Assembly (NCBI RefSeq): GCF_963676685.1
Contig: NC_092355.1
Location: forward strand, 124,001 to 188,000
Origin: Mytilus edulis
Lineage: Eukaryota
Reading direction: 5' to 3'
Length of the DNA stretch: 64,000 bases
Below, piece after piece: positions 47,601-60,500 of the stretch (positions are counted from its first letter, which is position 1; the number at the start of each line of letters is the position of its first letter). The position numbers were made by a program, and so were the translations under genes. A model generated the notes under the pieces. That model did no database searches. It had not been told where the DNA came from and worked only from the letters and a program-made list of their open reading frames with translations.

Positions 47601-49842
47601 TTTTAGTATTAAAAAAAATCAAGTTTTGTAACAGTTAATTTATAATTATGACCATATCGATGATAATTCATGTGAAGTCACTAATCATTCGCGTAAAGGT
47701 GTACCACTACTAATTCGGGCCCGGCCAGAAAGCACATACCAGAAAGTAGTACATATTTAACACAAAATAGTTCCTACGCATGAGTGTAACTTTCAAAAGA
47801 TGTAGAAAATGAAAGTTGAAGGACTGATGATCATTGTAGAACACTTTTGGACTTTTAATTTTGAATATTAAAAAAACTGCACAAATTTTAAAAAGAGGGT
47901 ACATTTTGTCTGTTTGTCAGATCTGAAGTACCTGTTTTGATACATCCGAAGTTCCGGGAACCTGTTTTTTCTTATATGCCATTAAAGGTATGTTGATTTT
48001 TTCAGTACAAGACACCATAACGTGTTGCTGTGACATGCAATAATTGCCACTTTATTTGAACTTAAAATAAAAGAGGTGTGCCTGCTTGAAACGGATGAAT
48101 GTAACATAGAAAGCAATGGGACCATGAATTAGTGGTGTACTTCCTAAACACAAACAGTGACCACTGGAGAATGACTGACGAGGGCATCGTGATAGGGGAT
48201 AGCTCTAAGTGACAAAAACCGCTAAATAAATTCGACGTCGAAGGAAGAAAGCTTGACTGTGACAGTAGGTCTATACTGGTTCTGCCAATAGTAAAACACT
48301 GTTTGATCAATCGTCTCATGTTCCTCTAGCTCCGATGTGTTTTTGAGTGTCGATGAAGATATGTCTGAAACGATCTATGTCACTCGTGTAATTTTTCAAA
48401 TATGCTTTTGTGTATTTCATAGTACTTTTTGAGACATGGTTTGTTCACGTCAATTTTTAAATTTGTCAAGAGATTCCATTCTTTTTCTGTTTCTGATTTG
48501 CTTAATTGTATTTTGATTCTTCGTCAGTACATAATCGACAATACCTTTCGATAGTTGCATACTAGTACACCAAATATTGAAATTAAACTGACATTGCCAT
48601 GGTTAAACAAGACAAGGACAAACAATAGTACACAAAACACAAGATAACTAAGGACCGAGCAACACAAACATAGTAATAGTATCTGAGAAATAGGCCTAAC
48701 AAAATGTTGAACAATGCATCGAGAGTAAAGTCCGGTTAACCATGTCGGACGGAATTATGAACTTCATAATCTATCGATACACCAATTTTAGTTTACCTAT
48801 TACATGGAGGATCTGGTATTGAACTTTTCTTGAAGACTAAAGTATTGACAGGAGATCATAGTCAGGCGAACTCTGTCTGACAGACATATCTTTGAATGAT
48901 TCTATATATCAAATAAATTACATAACTCATAACTGAAACATAATACTAAATTAGAGGCGAACGAATACTAAAGGGACATAGGAACTTGTCAGTCGAAAAG
49001 ATAAAGACAACAGTAGTTAACCACTGTTTAAAAGCCATCAATCGATAAAGAGACAACAATTCCGGGTTACAAACAAAAACTTAGGGAAACACATCAAATA
49101 TAAGAGGAAAACAACGGAACAACAGAAACACTGAACTGTAACAAAAACAAACGCCAACAAAGATAGAAACAGTATTTGATAATAACTGCCATATACCTAG
49201 CTTGGTCAGGACATATAACTAAAAAACAAATTAGCAGAACCTAATGTGGATTCTATTATTTATTTCAATATTAGTATACCTGAAAACTAATTTGGACATC
49301 TGTAAGACCTTTCTCGCCTTAATTTTGAAATTGAAAATGGAAATGGGGAATATATTCTACATGTTTCCTTCTATAAACCTTTTATAATCTTAAATGATAC
49401 AATCAGTTAATAACTAAAATGGAAAATATTTTGTTATTCTGGTTTCTATAAATGAACACGATCTGGCTATCCATCAGGAAAGAAAGAAATTTTGATAGAA
49501 AATAAGGAATCGAAACTCTATCCCATAATATATTTGTTATTCTTGTTTAAATATATTTCATATAAACTTATATTCAGATACTAAGAATCAACACAAAAAA
49601 CAACTATCAATTACTTTATTGTTTTATCCTTGACACGTTCTCCGCACATGATAGAGAGTTCAAAACGCAATGTCAAATATTGTAATCACACTACAAACCG
49701 CTTCTCTGCTTTAAGAAGGTAAAGTAATGACTATATCCTATGTCAATTATTCGATATCTACAAGAAATGGTCTCATACTCAATGCAGGTAAACTTTGTTC
49801 CCTTCGCATGTCAGTTTCAAATAGTTCTTTTACTAAATAAAT

Positions 49843-51769
49843 CTAATCAATTTCACACACAAGGACTTTAGTAACACTATCAAATGTTAGTAGAAATCTG
49901 TTACTGTTTGGCTGGAACCGTATTACCCAAGGTGCAGCTGTGATGGTATTGTCTAACTCCGATACGGGAATGATTCTTACGAGTTGTCCAGTAGAGGTCA
50001 ACTGATGAATGTTTTTAGAACCATATCCAGTGATATAAATGTTCCCGTCACTATCAACGTCCTGCCAATACGGGTATTGTAAACAAGTATTACTATACGT
50101 AAAGCTTTTTCCACCACTGCTATCTCTTTTAATAGAATTTCCACTTTCCCAGTATATGTACTCATTTTTCTTGTAACAATAAACATGCCTAATATCTGTC
50201 ACTGTTTGTTTACTTCTAACTACTGTACCATTTTCAGCGTTTAACCAAGATATGTTGCTGCTATAAGCAGTAACAAATTCGTTTTCACAGAACGAAATAC
50301 CACACACAGGGTTGCTTATATTTAATGTCTTGGAAATAGTCAGCGGTTTGACGTTAATAAGAAAAATATTCTGTGAATTAGACGACACAGCGACTGTTTG
50401 GTCATCCACTTTAGCTATGTCTGTTACATCGTGAGGAATATCTAACTGTTCTTGTTGCTTCCCTTTGTTGTCGTAGTACACGATCTTTTGTTGTGTATGA
50501 TGGGTCAAAATAATATCATTATTGAAGAATATTCCACTAACAGCATTTATTGTTACATCAATTGTGAAAGCTATTCCGATTTTTCCTGTATGGAAATTTG
50601 TTATCTTCATTCCGGTGAAAGAACATATAGAAGGGCGTTGTTGATCAAAAATGAAACTGCCGAGAGAGGTAATGTTTGAAATTATATCTTTATGTTCAAA
50701 CTTTACGGATATAGTCCTTATTTCACGTAGAAGTTTAGAAATGTCATTTTCAGTTTGAGGAAGGTTGTTTAAAATCTCGTCCATCTTTACCAGACATTGT
50801 ATTTCTGACCCTTGAGATATACAAGCTTCGAATAAACTCTTCCAGTTATCAACTATATTCTTTAGGCTGGACAAATCTGTTGTTTCGTCATCAAGCTTAA
50901 TTGAGTTTTCTTTTCTGCTACTGTTAACCTCATCCCGATGTTTTGCCTCCAGTTCATCTAAATGTTTAAAAACTTTTTCTCGCAATGTTATGATTTCTTG
51001 TAGAACGGTTTCTATGCCATTTTCAAAGTTTTCTTTATTAGTTTTTTGGTTTTGAAGAACTTTACCTAATGTGTTACTTGTTTCTGTCAACTTTGTCATC
51101 AGGTTTTTAGCTATATCGGATTCTTTTATCCCAGTCACTGCTTTATCAATAGTGACAACCTGTTCACATTTTCTGTGATGGACCGTGGCGCAAACTGTAC
51201 AACAAGGCTTTGAATGATCCTGACAGTAAACTTCTATCGTCTTGTCGGGATGTTCTTTACATGTGACATGCGCATATAGACTAGAAGTTGAAGTTTCTGC
51301 ATTGATATCGGTGATTGGATATTATCTTATGACTCCTCGACATTTTGAAAATTCTGTGGGCTTTTCTGCACGTTTCACAGTATGCCTCTTCACAAACAGT
51401 ACAGAAGAAAATGGCTTTCTGTTTGTCCTGTTCACAAGTATCACACAGCTTATCGGGTTTCTGTAATTCCCTTTTATCTATAAGTGATATAATAAGATGG
51501 TTCCCGGGTAAATTATTTGCCCAAATGTCTGGCTTCTCATCATTTTCATCTATTGGCACAGATCGACGACATACTGGACATTTGAATCCACTTGGGTTAT
51601 TGTCTTTCACAGTTGAAACAATGTATGTATTAATACACGACTTACAAAACGTATGCAGACACGGCAGATACTTAGGTTCTTTGAAAATCTCTAAACAGAT
51701 TGTACAAGTTAGTAGATCATCAAAATCTTCTTTCAACTTTTCTCCTTTCACCTCCACCGACATCGCCAT
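49843..51769 (-). pseudogene. TRIM copy 3 with a single +1 frameshift at ~51319
   Basis: ggtgattggAtattatc vs copy 1 ggtgattggtattatc. This splits the gene into a 162-aa RING+Bbox1 ORF and an otherwise open downstream frame. Confidence 0.9.
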
Positions 51770-51870
51770 TTTGTTGTATCTTGAAAACTTCCTGGTCCAA
51801 AGATCAGTTATGACTATAATCGGATATCTATATATAGCTTGCTTACCTTGACTGGTTTAAACACGTGAAC
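51770..51870 (-). promoter_or_regulatory. Putative core promoter of TRIM copy 3
   Basis: TATATATA 51829-51836 and CACGTG 51862-51867. Confidence 0.55.
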
Positions 51871-52132
51871 ATCATTATCATGGTCCGTATTGTACTGATA
51901 TCACCTGATATGGTTTCTACATTTGAATTACTATCAATATTCTACATTATATTGATTTTAGTCAAAAATCAAGGTTGAGGAAATTTCTTTTTTTTTATTC
52001 TATCACAGTAGAAAATTTCCCTAAACGGTTTGTTTTCTTGAATACTTTGGACTAATTTATTTTCGTGGCTATCAATTATCGTAGATTTAGGAAAACTTAC
52101 ATTTTCGTGGATATTTAATTTTTTAGTTTATC

Positions 52133-52272
52133 AAATTTTTGGTCCTCAATGCTTTTCAATTTTTTACTTGTTTGGCTTTATAAATATTTTGGTCTGAGCG
52201 TCACTGATGAGTCTTATGTAGACAAAACGCGCTTCTGGTGCATTGAATTATAATACTGGTACCTTTGATAAC
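52133..52272 (+). mobile_element. Degenerate family B retrozyme fragment inserted upstream of TRIM copy 3
   Basis: gcgtcaCTGATGAgtcttatgtagacAAAAcgcgcttc (GAAA mutated). Absent at the paralogous site ~31275. Confidence 0.75.
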
Positions 52273-52440
52273 GTTCTGCAAACAAAAGCCTATAGAAAAT
52301 TTATAGTGCGTTGAGCATTTCAATAAGTGGTTCAGCTGTACCCATAAAACTAGCGATAATTGGTGTCCAATGAATAATAGTGATTCAACAGTTGTTCCAA
52401 CTTAATCGACATTTGTAGATTGACTGATTGATTATTAAAT

Positions 52441-53070
52441 TTATGTAACTATCGTCCAGTGTCAATGTTTTTATGTAACTATCGTCCAGTGACAATGGTT
52501 TTATGTAACTATCGTCCAGTGACAATGGTTTTATGTAACTTTACGTGCAGTGACAATGGTTTTATGTAACTATCGTTCAGTAAAAATGTTTTTATGTAAC
52601 TATCGTCCAGTGACAATGTTCTTATGTAACTATCGTCCACTGACAATGGTTTTATGTAACTATCGTCCACTGACAATATTTTTATGTAACTATCGTCCAG
52701 TAACAATGGTTTTATGTAACTATCATCCACTGTCAATGGTTTTATGTAACTTTCGTCCACTGACAATGATGTTATGTAACAATCGTCCACTGAAAATGGT
52801 TTTATGTAACGTTACGTCCAGTGACCATGGTTTTATGAAACTATCGTCCAGTGACAATGGTTTTATGTAACTATCGTCCACTGACAATGGTTTTATGTAA
52901 CTATCGTCCACTGACAATGGATTTATGTAACTATCGTCCACTAACAATGGTTTTATGTAACTATCGTCTAGTGACAATGGTTTTATGTAACTATCGTCCA
53001 GTGACAATGGTTTAATGTAACTGTACGTCCAGTGACAATGTTTTTTTTGTAACTTTACGTCCAGTGACAT
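52441..53070. repeat. 30-bp minisatellite, ~21 copies (~5 copies at 31445-31600)
   Basis: Unit ttttatgtaactatcgtccagtgacaatgg. Confidence 0.92.
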
Positions 53071-54618
53071 TATTGATGTTTTATGCATGTTAAGGACAAA
53101 AACTATAAGTAGTTAAAATGGTCAAGACAATACCTGCTTTTAAAGGTTGGGGATTATTTTTTCTCTTTTCTTTATATTTCATCAGCACCTCATTCTCTAT
53201 TCTTTATTTTTTCGACCTATTTTTCTCTTTAACTTTTTTTTTTGGGGGGAGGGGTATTTTGGTCTACACGTTCTGTCCAGTATTTTGTATGCCGTAATCC
53301 AATCTAGACCGTTATACGTAGATCAGTCGTCCATTAGAAGGTCATTAGAAAAAGTCAATGAGTATGATGACAGATATAAAGAGTATCGAAACGGTACCTT
53401 CGGGCCCATAAACGAGAGTTTGTAAGGGTGGTTTATATACATGATACATATAATTTAATGCTAAAACTCTGACCATACGGGACTACAAATTTATACATCC
53501 TTTACGGCACAATTGAGCCCATACTTTGAGATTGGTTTTATTGCCGGTTTTATATCCATTTAATCATTTGGGATTCACTCAATTTTATCAATTACGAGTT
53601 ATTTCTCTTAATGATGCTATCTTGTAATATAGAGCTGATGCAAAAAGCAAACATTAAATCAATTGGTTGTGGGATGAGTACTGATTGATAACATGCTGTT
53701 TTATTATGTAATTTCATGAATGTGACCTACCGAATTAGACTATTTACCGGATTTGTAATCACATAAGCAACACGACGGGTGCCACATGTGGAGCAGGATC
53801 TGCTTACCCTTCCGGAGCACCTGAGATCACCCCTAGTTTTTGGTGGGGTTCGTGTTGTTTATTCTTTAGTTTTCTATGTTGTGTCATATGTACTATTGTT
53901 TTTCTGTTTGTCTTTTTCATTTTTAGCCATGGCGTTGTCAGTTTGTTTTAGATTTATGAGTTTGACTGTCCCTTTGGTATCTTTCGTCCCTCTTTTGAAG
54001 AGCATTGAGGATCCAAAATTCTAAAAAGTTGTGCCGAATACAGCTAGGTAATTTATGCCTGGGATAAGAAAATCCTTAGTTTTTCGAAAAATTCAAATTT
54101 TAAATACACACAAAATTATTAAACGCATCAACAAACTACACCCACTGAACATCAGATTTCTGACTCAAGATAGGTTCAAACAATGTTTCGTTTTAAACGT
54201 TTTATCATTTGATTGAATTCTCCATTATAAATTATTGAATCCTTTCATATCTAGAATTAAACATATTTTGCTGCTATGGTTACTTTAAATACACACAATT
54301 TGGATATCCATCGGAAAAACAAAACAAAAGAGATAAAAATTGAATCTAATTTCAATCCTATATATTTTTTTTATTCTTGTTTAAATACATTTGATATACA
54401 CTTATAAGAGAGATATTAAGTATCAACACAAAATACAACTATCAGTTATTATATTGTTTTATCCATGACACTGACTATTTCTTCACATGATAGAGAGTTC
54501 AACATAACGCAATATCAAAGATTGTAATCACAACAACAAATCTGCAAGATATGGACTCATACTCCCAGAAGCACAGCTTTGTTTCCTTCGCTTCTTATTA
54601 TTCTACTTTTGAATGAAT

Positions 54619-56541
54619 CTAATCAATTTCACACACAAGGACTTTAGTAGCACCATTATTAAATGTCAGAAGAAATCTGTTACTGTTTGGCTGGAACCGC
54701 ATTACCCATGGTTTAGCTGTGATGGTATTGTCTATATCTGATATAGGAATGATTTGTACGATTTTTCCAGTAGATGTTAACTGATGAATGTTTCTGGAAT
54801 CATATCCGGTTGTATAAATGTTCCCGTCGCTATCGACGTCCTGGAAATAAGGACTTTGTAACAGACTATGATTGTACGTAAATCCTTTTCCTTCATTGCT
54901 ATCTCTTTTTATAGAATGTTCACTTTCCCAATATATGTAATCATTTTTCTTGTAGCAATAAACATATATCGTGTCTGCTGTTGTTTGTTGACTTCTAACT
55001 ACTGTACCATTGTCAGCGTTCAAAAACGATATTTTACTACTATAAGCAGTTATATATTCATTTTCACAGATTGAAATACCCCACACAGGATTGTTTATAT
55101 TTAATGTCTTAGAGATAGTCAGCGGTTTAACGTTCACAACAAAAATCTTCTTTGCATTAGACGATACAGCGACTGTTTGATCATCCACTTTAGCTATGTC
55201 TGTTACATTATGAGGAATACATAACTGCTCTTGTTGTTTTCCTTTGTTGTCGTAGTACACGATTTTATTTTGTATACAATGGGTCAAAATAATATCATCA
55301 TTAAAGAATATCCCACTAACACCATTGATTGTCACATCAATTGTGAAAACTTTTCTGATTTTCCCTGTACGGAAATTTGCTATATTTTTTCCGGGAATAG
55401 AACATGCAGAAGGCCGATGCTCATCAAAAATCAAACTGCCGAGAGAACTAATTTCTGAAATGATATCTTTGTGTTCAAACTTTACGGATATAAATCTGAT
55501 TTCACGTAGAAGTTTAGAAATGTCATTTTCAGTTTGAGGAAGGTTGTTTAGAATCTCGTCCATCTTTACCAGACATTGTATTTCTGATCCTTGAGATACA
55601 CAAGCTTCGAATAAACTCTTCCAGTTATCAACTGTATTCTTTAGGCTGGACAAATCTGTCGTTTCGTCATCAAGCTTAATTAATGTTTCTTTCCTGCTAC
55701 TGTTAGCTTCATCCTGAAGTCTTTGCTCGAGTTCATTTAAATGTTTACAAACGTTTTCTCTCAAACGTGTGATTTCTTGTAGAACTGTTTCTATGCCACT
55801 TTCAAAATTTTCCTTGTTAGTCTTTCGGTTCTGAAGAACTTCACCCAATGTGTTACTCGTTTCTGTTAATTTCGTCATTAGGTGTTTTGCTTTTTCTGAT
55901 TCTTTTATCCCAGTCACCGCGTGATCAATAGTGGTAACTTGTTCACATTTTCTGTGGTGGACAGTGGCACAAACTGTACAACAAGGTTTGGAATGATCAT
56001 GACAGTACACTTTGATAGTCTCGTCAGGATGTTCTTTACAAGTGACATGTGCATAAAGACCGGAAACGGTAGTGTCTGCATTGATATCTTTAATGTGTAC
56101 TAATTTATGACTTTTTGTTATTTTGTAAATGGTGTGGCCCCTTCTGCACGATTCACAATATGCCTCTTCACAAACAGTACAGAATGAAATAGCTTTCTGT
56201 TTGTCCTGGTCACAAGTATCACATAGCTTATCGGGTTTCTGTAATTCCCTTTTATCTATAAGTGACACGATAAAATGGTTCCCGGGTAAATTATTGGCCC
56301 ATTTGTCAGGCTTGTCATCATCTATTGACACAGACCGACGACATACGGGACATTTAAACTCACTTGGGTTATTGTCTTTCACGGTTGAAACAATATATGT
56401 ATTGATACACGACTTACAAAACGTATGCAGACACGGCAGATACTTAGGTTCTTTGAAGATCTCCAAACAGATTGTACAAGTCAGCAAATCTTCAAAATCT
56501 TCTTTTAACTTTTCTCCTTTCACCTCCGCCGACATTGCCAT
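54619..56541 (-). CDS. TRIM E3 ubiquitin ligase, copy 4, 640 aa, intronless
   Basis: Same domain motifs. Open frame. Confidence 0.95.
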   Translation of the reverse strand: MAMSAEVKGEKLKEDFEDLLTCTICLEIFKEPKYLPCLHTFCKSCINTYIVSTVKDNNPSEFKCPVCRRSVSIDDDKPDKWANNLPGNHFIVSLIDKRELQKPDKLCDTCDQDKQKAISFCTVCEEAYCESCRRGHTIYKITKSHKLVHIKDINADTTVSGLYAHVTCKEHPDETIKVYCHDHSKPCCTVCATVHHRKCEQVTTIDHAVTGIKESEKAKHLMTKLTETSNTLGEVLQNRKTNKENFESGIETVLQEITRLRENVCKHLNELEQRLQDEANSSRKETLIKLDDETTDLSSLKNTVDNWKSLFEACVSQGSEIQCLVKMDEILNNLPQTENDISKLLREIRFISVKFEHKDIISEISSLGSLIFDEHRPSACSIPGKNIANFRTGKIRKVFTIDVTINGVSGIFFNDDIILTHCIQNKIVYYDNKGKQQEQLCIPHNVTDIAKVDDQTVAVSSNAKKIFVVNVKPLTISKTLNINNPVWGISICENEYITAYSSKISFLNADNGTVVRSQQTTADTIYVYCYKKNDYIYWESEHSIKRDSNEGKGFTYNHSLLQSPYFQDVDSDGNIYTTGYDSRNIHQLTSTGKIVQIIPISDIDNTITAKPWVMRFQPNSNRFLLTFNNGATKVLVCEID

Positions 56542-56625
56542 TTTGTTGTAACTTTCAAACTTCCCTGTCCAAAGATCGATCGAACATATTTATAGCCTGC
56601 TTACCTTGACTAGTTTAACACATGA
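56542..56625 (-). promoter_or_regulatory. Putative core promoter of TRIM copy 4
   Basis: TATAAATA (minus) at 56587-56594. The upstream ~290 bp is homologous to the copy 1 upstream region. Confidence 0.55.
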
Positions 56626-57801
56626 CTCTTGTTATCAAAACACATGATACATAAGGATAAAATTGTTTTAGGGAATTCGGTGATTGCTATACTACAGACA
56701 AATAAATGCAGTGTGAATGTATCATTTTGTAGCACATAATGTATATTATGTTTAGTTACATAATTGAAAATAACATGAATAAAGAATATTGCAAAGCTAA
56801 TTATAGGTAAATGATAACATATAAAGTTTGAAATACAATTAGCTAGGTAAATGAAACTAAATAAAACATTTAAGACACAAACTATTAACCATAGATTGAT
56901 TTTAAAAACATTGCTATGATAAATACAATATACTGCTGGCTACCGTTCATAATGTTGCTTCTGGGGTAACGTATTCTGCATTGCCAATATAGATGAAAAT
57001 TACAGTTTATATAGTCAAAGTGAACTGCCCAACTAGCCAGAACCAGATAAAACAACTATTAGAAAATTAATTGTCACATATCCAGTGGTGAGTAAATTTA
57101 AAAGAACCTAAATTGGATTCACTGAACCATATAATACTAAATGTGTTTAATATAGTAAGATCATTATAACATAAGAGTAACATAGATAGAAACGAAGTAA
57201 AAAGTTGGGAATATTATCGAAAAGATAAATTGTACATAAATGAACTTGTACACATTACTTAAAGAGGGACGAATTTACCAGAGGGACAGTCAAACCCATA
57301 AATTTAGAAACAACATGACAACGCTATGGCTGAAAAAAGGAAAAGGACAATTAATAGTACAGAAGACACAACATAGAACACTAAAGACTAATCAACATGA
57401 ATCCCACCAAAATCTGGGGGTGATCGCAGGTGCTCCGGAAGGGGTAAGCAGATCCTGCTCCACATGTGGCACCCGTCGTGTTGCTAATGTTGTTACAAAT
57501 TCAAAAACTAGTCAAGTTCGGTAGGTCACACTCGTGAAAAGGGGAGGATATTGTAGCTACGACATAAGGAAGATATTCGATATCATCTGTGAAACGTTTA
57601 TTCCATAACGGTCAACCAACTAGTGATGGCAATAATTTTGCAATGTTTTACTATATTTCTGTGGCTTATGTGTAAATAAACGATACTCCTGTTGATACCT
57701 CCAGTGGTGGATCCAAAACTTTTCATCAGTGGAAGGGGGCACTGCTTGACATAAAAGGTACCGCTCCAGTCATGATTCAGTTATTTCCAATATAACCAAC
57801 C

Positions 57802-57920
57802 AAATTTCCTTGTTCAAAGATCAGTTATAATTCTGTTCGAATATATATAGCCTGCTAACATTTGACTTGTTTTAACACGTGACCTTCATATATTATTATG
57901 GTACATATTATCCTGAAATC
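57802..57920 (-). promoter_or_regulatory. Orphan copy of the TRIM copy 2/3-type promoter with no adjacent ORF
   Basis: caaagatcagttat..atatatatagc..tttaacacgtga..atggtacatat..ctga.atc aligns to 30880-30985. Confidence 0.7.
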
Positions 57921-60078
57921 TTCTTTATTACGCAGCGAGGTTAAGGCACATTGAAAGAAAATCAATCAAATTTGGCCATAATTTGTATCAACCAAAATTA
58001 CACTGTTTATCACCAATAACTTTCGTTAAAATTATATGTCAATGTTTTTATTTCCATAAAACATACAAATTAACAGTTTTATTACATTGTACAGTTTTAC
58101 GGTAAAGTGAAAGTAGTCACGTGACCACAAATCCACAAACAACATAATCGATCACAAAAGTGAAAAGTGCAGGTTGAAGATAGCCACGTACAAATGCCAA
58201 CTTTGGAATTTTAGAAACTGCTAGGTCTACTTTTTATAAAAACTGCTGGTACAAGTTGATTTTTAATTTGTAAGATGAAAAACGAGTCACTTTTATGAGT
58301 AAAATGGTTTTATAAACAACAACAATACCTTTCCAATGGCGCTAGAAAAATGAACCACAATTATTTTGATTTGTAACAGCACTTTCTTTAAATTTCAACA
58401 TCTGCTGAATCCATACATGCCCGAAACTAAGACGTACTTATCGATCTTCAACCTGCACTTTTCGTTTAAAAAAATGTTGTTGGATGTGTTTTTATTTTCA
58501 GAGATAAACACAAACGCACCAAAGACGTAGAACAGCAAACACGGAATAAAACAGGTCTCATCCAGAAACCGGACAGTTGGTTGGCGGCAAACTTTCAATT
58601 GTTAATACAATTTTGTTTTATTATAACAATCGATTAAACATTTGTTTTTTTGTTTATCATGTTCAAATCATTTTCTTAAAAAATAAAATGAAATTATTTG
58701 AATGTCCAAAAGTTTTCCCGGTTTTCTTGGGAGATTCCAATACATAGGAGGTCGTGCAGGATAAATAACAATCAAAAATAATATCCGAAAACTTCCAAGC
58801 CATCACAAATAATTAAAGACAAATGTCCTAGACATACAATAGCTATCCTATGCAGCACGTGTCCTACAACATTCGTATACCAATTGATCAATTACGAAAT
58901 TTATTTTTATGTTGAACCCTCAAATACCGGAGTGAACTGCACCAACTATATTGAAGATGGAGGAAAGCATATGATACAACTAGCACCAGGGAAAAACAAT
59001 CCATCATCATCTCATTTCGATTTATATTTATATCAAAACTTGTATTCTTGAGGCAGTAGTTTTCAACAACATATATCGCAAATTTTATTGAAAAACTATC
59101 TAGAGTTATAGAGAAATCCCGCAAGACATCGCGAAAATTATTTCCCCGCTCATCTGGACACCACCACCATTCAGTAATTATCTTAATAATCAATATGATT
59201 ATGCCAGTTTTTGAACTGTTTATATTAACTTACCTTCCATTGATAAATAAAATTCTGGAGTAAATCAGTTCAATTCAAATTTCTATGAAAAAGAGTTAAA
59301 AAGGGGGAGGGGGTAATATCACCAAAGCTATATGTTCAGAAGATCTCCGAAGGTTGAGAACATCTGTAAAGTTTATGCTTTAATCCTTTTTGTATCTCCA
59401 TCAGCCACCCACCTTAGTTATACATTTATAAATGTCTATCCCAAAACAGAACAAGTTTCAACATTACTTGTAATTTTAATTCCTTTTGTTAGTCTTATGG
59501 CATATACATGCACCATTGCATTCTTCTAAAACCAGGCTTTTTTACATAGAAGTTTAAGACACATGCTCCTGCTTTTGGGAGTCATAGCTCTGAATTTGCT
59601 TCCAACTTCCAGGTCAAGAACTATTAGGATTGCTCAATTCCTTTTTAATATATAGTATATTATACTGAAGCACATTGCAAGTGGCAAATATTAAATATAT
59701 TTACCACCAAAACAAATTGTCCACTGGTAATTAGTATTGATAGAGCTGAAATAATTAATAACATAACACCATTTCAATTTAATGCAATTTTTTTTCCAAC
59801 ATGAAAATGCATACCTTATAATGCAGACAAAATTAACACATTTCCGTAAATGAAAAATATTTGCAACTTGTAAGCATAACAGGTGCTTTAGTGTAATTAT
59901 CAACAAGACAGCAACTAATTACAAAATACATTAATGAGTTACTACATAGAACATCATTAAGGCAGCAACCCAACTACAAAATACATTTAAGAAACAGTAA
60001 CACTATGAATACAGAAATAAAACTGCTATTAAATGCATTATATATTAGCATGGCATCACACAAACTATTAAAGAGCAT

Positions 60079-60290
60079 CAATAAGACAGAAACCCAGCTA
60101 TAAAATATATCATTTAAACTATACAATACACCAATAAGACAGAAACCCAGCTATAAAATATATCATTTAAACTATACAATACACCAATAAGACAGAAACC
60201 CAGCTATAAAATATATCATTTAAACTATACAATACACCAATAAGACAGAAATCCAGCTATAAAATAAATCATTTAAACTATACAATTCAT
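60079..60290. repeat. 54-bp minisatellite, ~4 copies
   Basis: Repeating caataagacagaaacccagctataaaatatatcatttaaactatacaatacac. Confidence 0.9.
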
Positions 60291-60309
60291 CAACCAAACT
60301 ATAAAATCT

Positions 60310-60500
60310 GCTAACCTGGAAGTCATTATTAGGTAAGGTATACTACCCTCCTTTCGAAGTAGCATAGTCCTACGGACTAGATTGGTTATCTGTCAGACTA
60401 GTCTACTCTTAGAGGAGGGTAGTTTATCTAACCCAGTGACTTTCAGGTTCAGCTAGAAAGCCAGCCAACCAAAGATATTATCTTTAGCCACATACTCATT
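60310..60500. repeat. Fold-back (MITE-like) element; related copy at 63615-63866
   Basis: acctggaagtcatt / agtgactttcaggt and actaccctcct / aggagggtagt arms. The ttggttatctgt..gactagtctac core is shared with the second copy. Confidence 0.6.

Noticed and set aside
52509-53088. Repetitive ORFs (DDSYIKPLS / MVLCNYRP)
   Set aside because: Translation artefacts of a 30-bp minisatellite.
59228-59640. Possible minus-strand exon remnant (donor-like acttacct at ~59228)
   Set aside because: Multiple stops in the frames examined and no recognisable motif.
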